This document shows, one piece after another, positions 60,145-64,000 of a stretch of 64,000 nt of DNA. This DNA is from Candidatus Pelearchaeum maunauluense. Lineage in GTDB: Archaea > Thermoproteota > Nitrososphaeria_A > Caldarchaeales > Caldarchaeaceae. Numbering within the stretch: the stretch's first letter is position 1; each line of letters opens with the position of its first letter. Made by a program: the position numbers and the translations under genes. Under the pieces are notes generated by a model that saw only the letters and a list, made by a program, of their open reading frames with translations, did no database searches and was not told the DNA's origin. The stretch is from the NCBI GenBank assembly GCA_030059675.1, contig JANVYQ010000006.1, forward strand, positions 1 through 64,000, in the 5' to 3' direction.

Positions 60145-60720
60145 ATGGGGTTAGGGATGTTGTGGAGTGAGGATGCCGTAACATTTAGGGGCTTCATAAG
60201 GAAAAGCGGGAATAGCCTAGTCATAACTATACCCGCAGAGCTATCGCAGCGTTTTCTCCTAAGGGAGGGTCAGGAGTTTATAATCTTCGGCATGAGTAGG
60301 AGAAACCCAGACTTTGAAGGCGCACTCCAGATATACCTAGGATACTTCACGGTGTATGAGAAAGCGCCCACCGCGCTAATCAAGATACGCGACAAGCAGG
60401 TGGATTTAGATAGAGTAGAACAAGTGGCCAAACGCTATGGTGCAAGCAGAATATTGAGCGAAGGAGTAGAAGACGGTGAGACAAAACTAAAGATAGTTTT
60501 CGGAGGTATAGAGAATGGTGTTGTAAGGCGGCCAAAAACTATGGACGAGGTTAATACGCTAATCCCCCGCATAATCCGTGCTTTAGAGGAAGATGGTTAT
60601 CAAGCATCTTTGAAGGAGGTTAAAGAGGAGATATTCGAGTGGCATGAGATAGACCCTGCTACCATCTCAAAAGCTCCTACGCGGTTTGGTGAGAGTATTC
60701 GGTGGAAGTGGGAGACCTAA
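60145..60720 (+). CDS. AbrB/MazE/SpoVT-type DNA-binding-domain protein
   Basis: IRKSGNSLVITIPAEL...LREGQ swapped-hairpin motif; extended C-terminus. Confidence 0.7.
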   Translation: MGLGMLWSEDAVTFRGFIRKSGNSLVITIPAELSQRFLLREGQEFIIFGMSRRNPDFEGALQIYLGYFTVYEKAPTALIKIRDKQVDLDRVEQVAKRYGASRILSEGVEDGETKLKIVFGGIENGVVRRPKTMDEVNTLIPRIIRALEEDGYQASLKEVKEEIFEWHEIDPATISKAPTRFGESIRWKWET

Positions 60721-61916
60721 ACTAGGTGGCGCGAGTTTTTCCTAATTTTCTCAATAGCCCTAGCTATGTCTTCCAGCTCCTCACGTTCAGCAAGTAGAAC
60801 ATTCTGGGGAATCCACACGGCCTCCTCGCGTGATGCCTGCTCCGTATTGGTTAGAATCAATTCTCTCGGAGTTTGCGCCGATTCTAAAATCTCATCCCAT
60901 AGAAACCCGTAAGAGTATAGTGGCTTATAGCCAGCGCTGCATGGTATTCCCTCAGCCCTTAGAGCCTCGACAAAACGTTCCTTACCGACGCCGTTGAACT
61001 CCTCGCGCCTATACTTGAATATGAATAGATGATACGCGTGGGATGTTACGTAATTTGGTCTTCTTAGCGGCTCTACACCAGGTATGCTCTCAAGAAGATG
61101 TGTTAGATATTTAGCGTTCTCTTCGCGTTTTTTCATAAGTTTGGGCAGTCTTCTTAGTTGTGCGAGAAGTACCGCCGCTTGGAATTCAGTCATTCTGAAA
61201 TTCCAGCCATATCTAACGTGTTCATACCAGCCTCTCCGCCTATCGCGGCCTACGTTATGATACGACCACGCCAGCTCTGCGATTTCTTCGTTATTTGTAG
61301 TTATGAATCCTCCCTCTCCTGCGGTCATGTTCTTGCTTTGATAGAAGCTAAACGCCCCCGCGTCGCCAATGCTCCCAACACGTCTAGAGAGCCACTCAGC
61401 ACCGTGAGCCTGGGCAGCATCCTCAAGAACTCTAAGACCATACTCGGCGGCAAGCTTCAGAATCTTAGACATATCTGCTGGACATCCTGCTAAATGAACG
61501 GGAATTATACAACGTGTCTTAGGAGTTATTCTATTCTCAGCATCCTCCGCTGATAGCGTGTAAGTCTCTGGCTCTATATCAGCAAATATGGGCACGGCTC
61601 CCGCGTCTATCACAGCGGTAGCAGTTGCTAGAAACGTATATGATGGTATTATTACGTGGTCGCCGCGCTTTACTCCTAATGCCTTTAGAGCTATGAGAAG
61701 AGCTGTAGAGCCGCTGGTGCACGCTAGGCCATATTTGGCATGTTGGAAGGAAGCAAACTCGCGCTCAAACACTGCTAGCTTAGCCCCACCAACGCTCCAA
61801 TAACCGCTTCTAAGCGCATCAAGTAGTTCCCGTTCTTCCTCAGCACCAAAAAGGGGCCATCGCGGGAAGGGCTTGATGCGCGTCGGCTCCCCACCAAGAA
61901 GTGCCAGCTCACTCAA
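60717..61916 (-). CDS. DegT/DnrJ/EryC1/StrS-family PLP aminotransferase
   Basis: TSGSTAL, PSYTFLAT, EDAAQAHG, SFYQSKNMTAGEGG, GWNFRM. Confidence 0.92.
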   Translation of the reverse strand: MSELALLGGEPTRIKPFPRWPLFGAEEERELLDALRSGYWSVGGAKLAVFEREFASFQHAKYGLACTSGSTALLIALKALGVKRGDHVIIPSYTFLATATAVIDAGAVPIFADIEPETYTLSAEDAENRITPKTRCIIPVHLAGCPADMSKILKLAAEYGLRVLEDAAQAHGAEWLSRRVGSIGDAGAFSFYQSKNMTAGEGGFITTNNEEIAELAWSYHNVGRDRRRGWYEHVRYGWNFRMTEFQAAVLLAQLRRLPKLMKKREENAKYLTHLLESIPGVEPLRRPNYVTSHAYHLFIFKYRREEFNGVGKERFVEALRAEGIPCSAGYKPLYSYGFLWDEILESAQTPRELILTNTEQASREEAVWIPQNVLLAEREELEDIARAIEKIRKNSRHLV

Positions 61917-61918
61917 AC

Positions 61919-64000
61919 CTACTCTATGACAATTATGTCATTATAATAGTATTTCCTACGCCTCCTCCTAACAACAAATACTATAAGAGTTATCACCAAT
62001 AGTAAAATTGAAACAACTAGTATCATGATGATAATCTGCCAACCTGAGAAGGGAACTCCGAACAGCTCTAGATAAACTGGCATAACAATATTTACAGAAC
62101 CCGTTTCAGTCCATTCGGGTCCTATCTCATGATTCTCCAAAAGCCCCTTATATTCTACATTGATGGAGAGTTTCCGTGCTGGCACTTCTCCAATAGTTAT
62201 TACACCGTCTTTGCCTGTTGTATCGGCAAACCTTGCTCCATCAACCTTAACCTTAACAGTAGCGCCTGATAAGGGCTGACCTCTCTCACCCATAACATAC
62301 ACGGACAAGGGCGCCAGAGGGATATGCACAATAGCTACAACAGGCTTATCCACCTCAAGCACATTACCCAGCCCTAGCTCAATGCCATAAACTTCCGCAC
62401 TCTCAATAACCCAAGAACCAGCTTGAAGCCACTCCGAGTAAGGAGGCTGCAATTCAATACTTGCATCATCGCGTTTTAATGTTATTATTATGTTAAGCTT
62501 CTCTGGAAGCTCCTGGCCCCTGAGATCAACCAGCCTAAGTGAAGTCAAGTATTCTTCTATCCAATTTACGTGCGTTTCAATAGGGCTTGATATTGTTAGC
62601 GTTATGTTCTGCCCTTGCTCCACGTATCCTGTCCATCCAGCGAAGACGAGTCTATGCAGGGGTGATAGCTGAAGTATTGATGGAACAGATATCTCTAACT
62701 CCTCACCAGCATCCATCCATTTATCAATAGAGAATGCTGGCGTGGCGTTAACTATTACGCGATACTGCGTAACCCACCTAGCTTCTATGAGCTTAGGAGA
62801 ATCTACCACTACCTCTATCTCCGTGCTAGTGGCGTTGATATCGCCGCTCCAGCCGCGGAAAACGAGCCTCTCACCAACTTCAACAGGTATAGTCTGCTCT
62901 GTTATAGTTATAGTGAGTCTAGTATTAGCATCGTACCAACCACTCTTCACGCTCGCTAAAGGCTCGCGTATATCCACATAGTATTGCTTCTTCCAGAAAG
63001 CGGTAAGTGTGATGGGCTGGTTTATTGTAACCTCCAACAACGGCTGGATAAAACTACTCTCCAGCCACCCACTAAAGACATATCTCGTGGCGTTCCCATA
63101 ATCAGCAACAAGCATCGCCGGGTCTACGCCGATGACTACACTGGTCCCCTCATCATGCCAACCCGCGCCAACAGGCCTTCCAAATGGTGTATCTATTGTA
63201 ACGCGGTACTGACGTTTAAAGAAAACCTCAACCAACATATCATCAGCAACATTTATCATTATCTCGTTTGACTCCGTCCTCTCACCATTAACCACCCAGT
63301 ATAGGAATACGTAGCGAGAGGAGTCGTTTTCTGGAATTATGTCGGGTACACTTAGTATGTACTTTCCTTTTGGAAGGTTTATGTCAGCTATGCCGTCGGC
63401 GTTAACTGTGTATATTGTTCCGTTTATTCTTATGTTTATTCCTGGAATGTTTGATACGAGCTTTAACTCATAGGTTATTACGCCATATTCTATGCTAACC
63501 GTAAATGTTGTTAAAGTTTTGGAGATTATCTTTATGGTTATCTGACGTTGTTCATCCACATATTTCTCACCAACATCTAATGCTGCGTTATTGAGAGACT
63601 GGCCGCTCTTTCTGACTACCTTAACTATCCCGCCCCCGCTTGGTTTTGATTCATCCACAACTAATATCAGCACGCCAGCAGAGGGAAGATAACGGTCATA
63701 TCCTATCTTCTTCCTCAGCTCAATCAAGTAATAGAAACTACTTGTTATGGGGATTTTGATTGCAGCCATGCCGTCGCCTGTTTCCAGTGGTGATAGCGTA
63801 ATTACGGCGGATTCGCCGCGGGTTACTGTTCTCACACGCTCATCCGCGAGCCAGCCCAGCTTAATCTTGCCCCAACTCGTTAAATGTGCGGGAGAGCTTC
63901 CACGGGCAGAAAGGGGGCCGTTCCAAGAGCCTGCCGCCATTAAATCCCATGGGCCTACAAAGTTGTCTGGCTCATCCCGTTGTGCAGTGTTATAAAGGTC
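61919..64000 (-). CDS. Partial membrane-anchored M6-family (immune inhibitor A-like) metalloprotease with repeated beta-domains
   Basis: DLY...VGPWDLMAAGSWNG, P.HLTSWGKIKLGW, YYLIELR, GVLI..VDE; repeated F.GW/W..QY units; C-terminal TM plus RRRRK; 5' end lies outside the window. Confidence 0.75.
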   Translation of the reverse strand, partial: DLYNTAQRDEPDNFVGPWDLMAAGSWNGPLSARGSSPAHLTSWGKIKLGWLADERVRTVTRGESAVITLSPLETGDGMAAIKIPITSSFYYLIELRKKIGYDRYLPSAGVLILVVDESKPSGGGIVKVVRKSGQSLNNAALDVGEKYVDEQRQITIKIISKTLTTFTVSIEYGVITYELKLVSNIPGINIRINGTIYTVNADGIADINLPKGKYILSVPDIIPENDSSRYVFLYWVVNGERTESNEIMINVADDMLVEVFFKRQYRVTIDTPFGRPVGAGWHDEGTSVVIGVDPAMLVADYGNATRYVFSGWLESSFIQPLLEVTINQPITLTAFWKKQYYVDIREPLASVKSGWYDANTRLTITITEQTIPVEVGERLVFRGWSGDINATSTEIEVVVDSPKLIEARWVTQYRVIVNATPAFSIDKWMDAGEELEISVPSILQLSPLHRLVFAGWTGYVEQGQNITLTISSPIETHVNWIEEYLTSLRLVDLRGQELPEKLNIIITLKRDDASIELQPPYSEWLQAGSWVIESAEVYGIELGLGNVLEVDKPVVAIVHIPLAPLSVYVMGERGQPLSGATVKVKVDGARFADTTGKDGVITIGEVPARKLSINVEYKGLLENHEIGPEWTETGSVNIVMPVYLELFGVPFSGWQIIIMILVVSILLLVITLIVFVVRRRRRKYYYNDIIVIE

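Noticed and set aside
1-64000. CRISPR arrays, tRNA/rRNA genes, transposases or integrases
   Set aside because: No regularly spaced repeats, cloverleaf/T-loop signatures or recombinase ORFs recognised by eye; a tRNAscan/Infernal run would be needed to exclude small RNAs

Overview
64 kb of archaeal chromosome. TATA/BRE promoters, GGAGGTG-type RBS, group II chaperonin, Cgi121, GHMP shikimate kinase and the ADH/DHQ-synthase-II route point to a thermophilic TACK archaeon, perhaps Aigarchaeota-like (inference). Most of 1-49.6 kb is heterotrophic uptake and catabolism. It has several LIV-type ABC transporters with Tat-exported binding proteins, a Zn-ADH, two orphan xanthine-dehydrogenase-family Mo subunits, LLM and LUD oxidoreductases, 2-oxoacid dehydrogenase E1, thiolase/CoA-ligase and three class III aminotransferases. 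It also has many decayed genes and a small tRNA-modification cluster (tsaC, cgi121, Urm1-like). 50.3-58.1 kb is an ask-asd-aro operon, followed by atpK, regulators, a DegT aminotransferase and a partial M6-type protease. The top finding is an unannotated Phe/Tyr/Trp-rich leader peptide (MRAVGLTCTGFSAFTTFSYYYRW) with hairpins and a U-tract ahead of the aro operon, a candidate ribosome-dependent attenuator in an archaeon. Second is an exact 57-bp inverted repeat shared by two divergent aminotransferases. No rRNA, tRNA, CRISPR or intact IS was recognised. All family calls come from motif recognition, not database searches.
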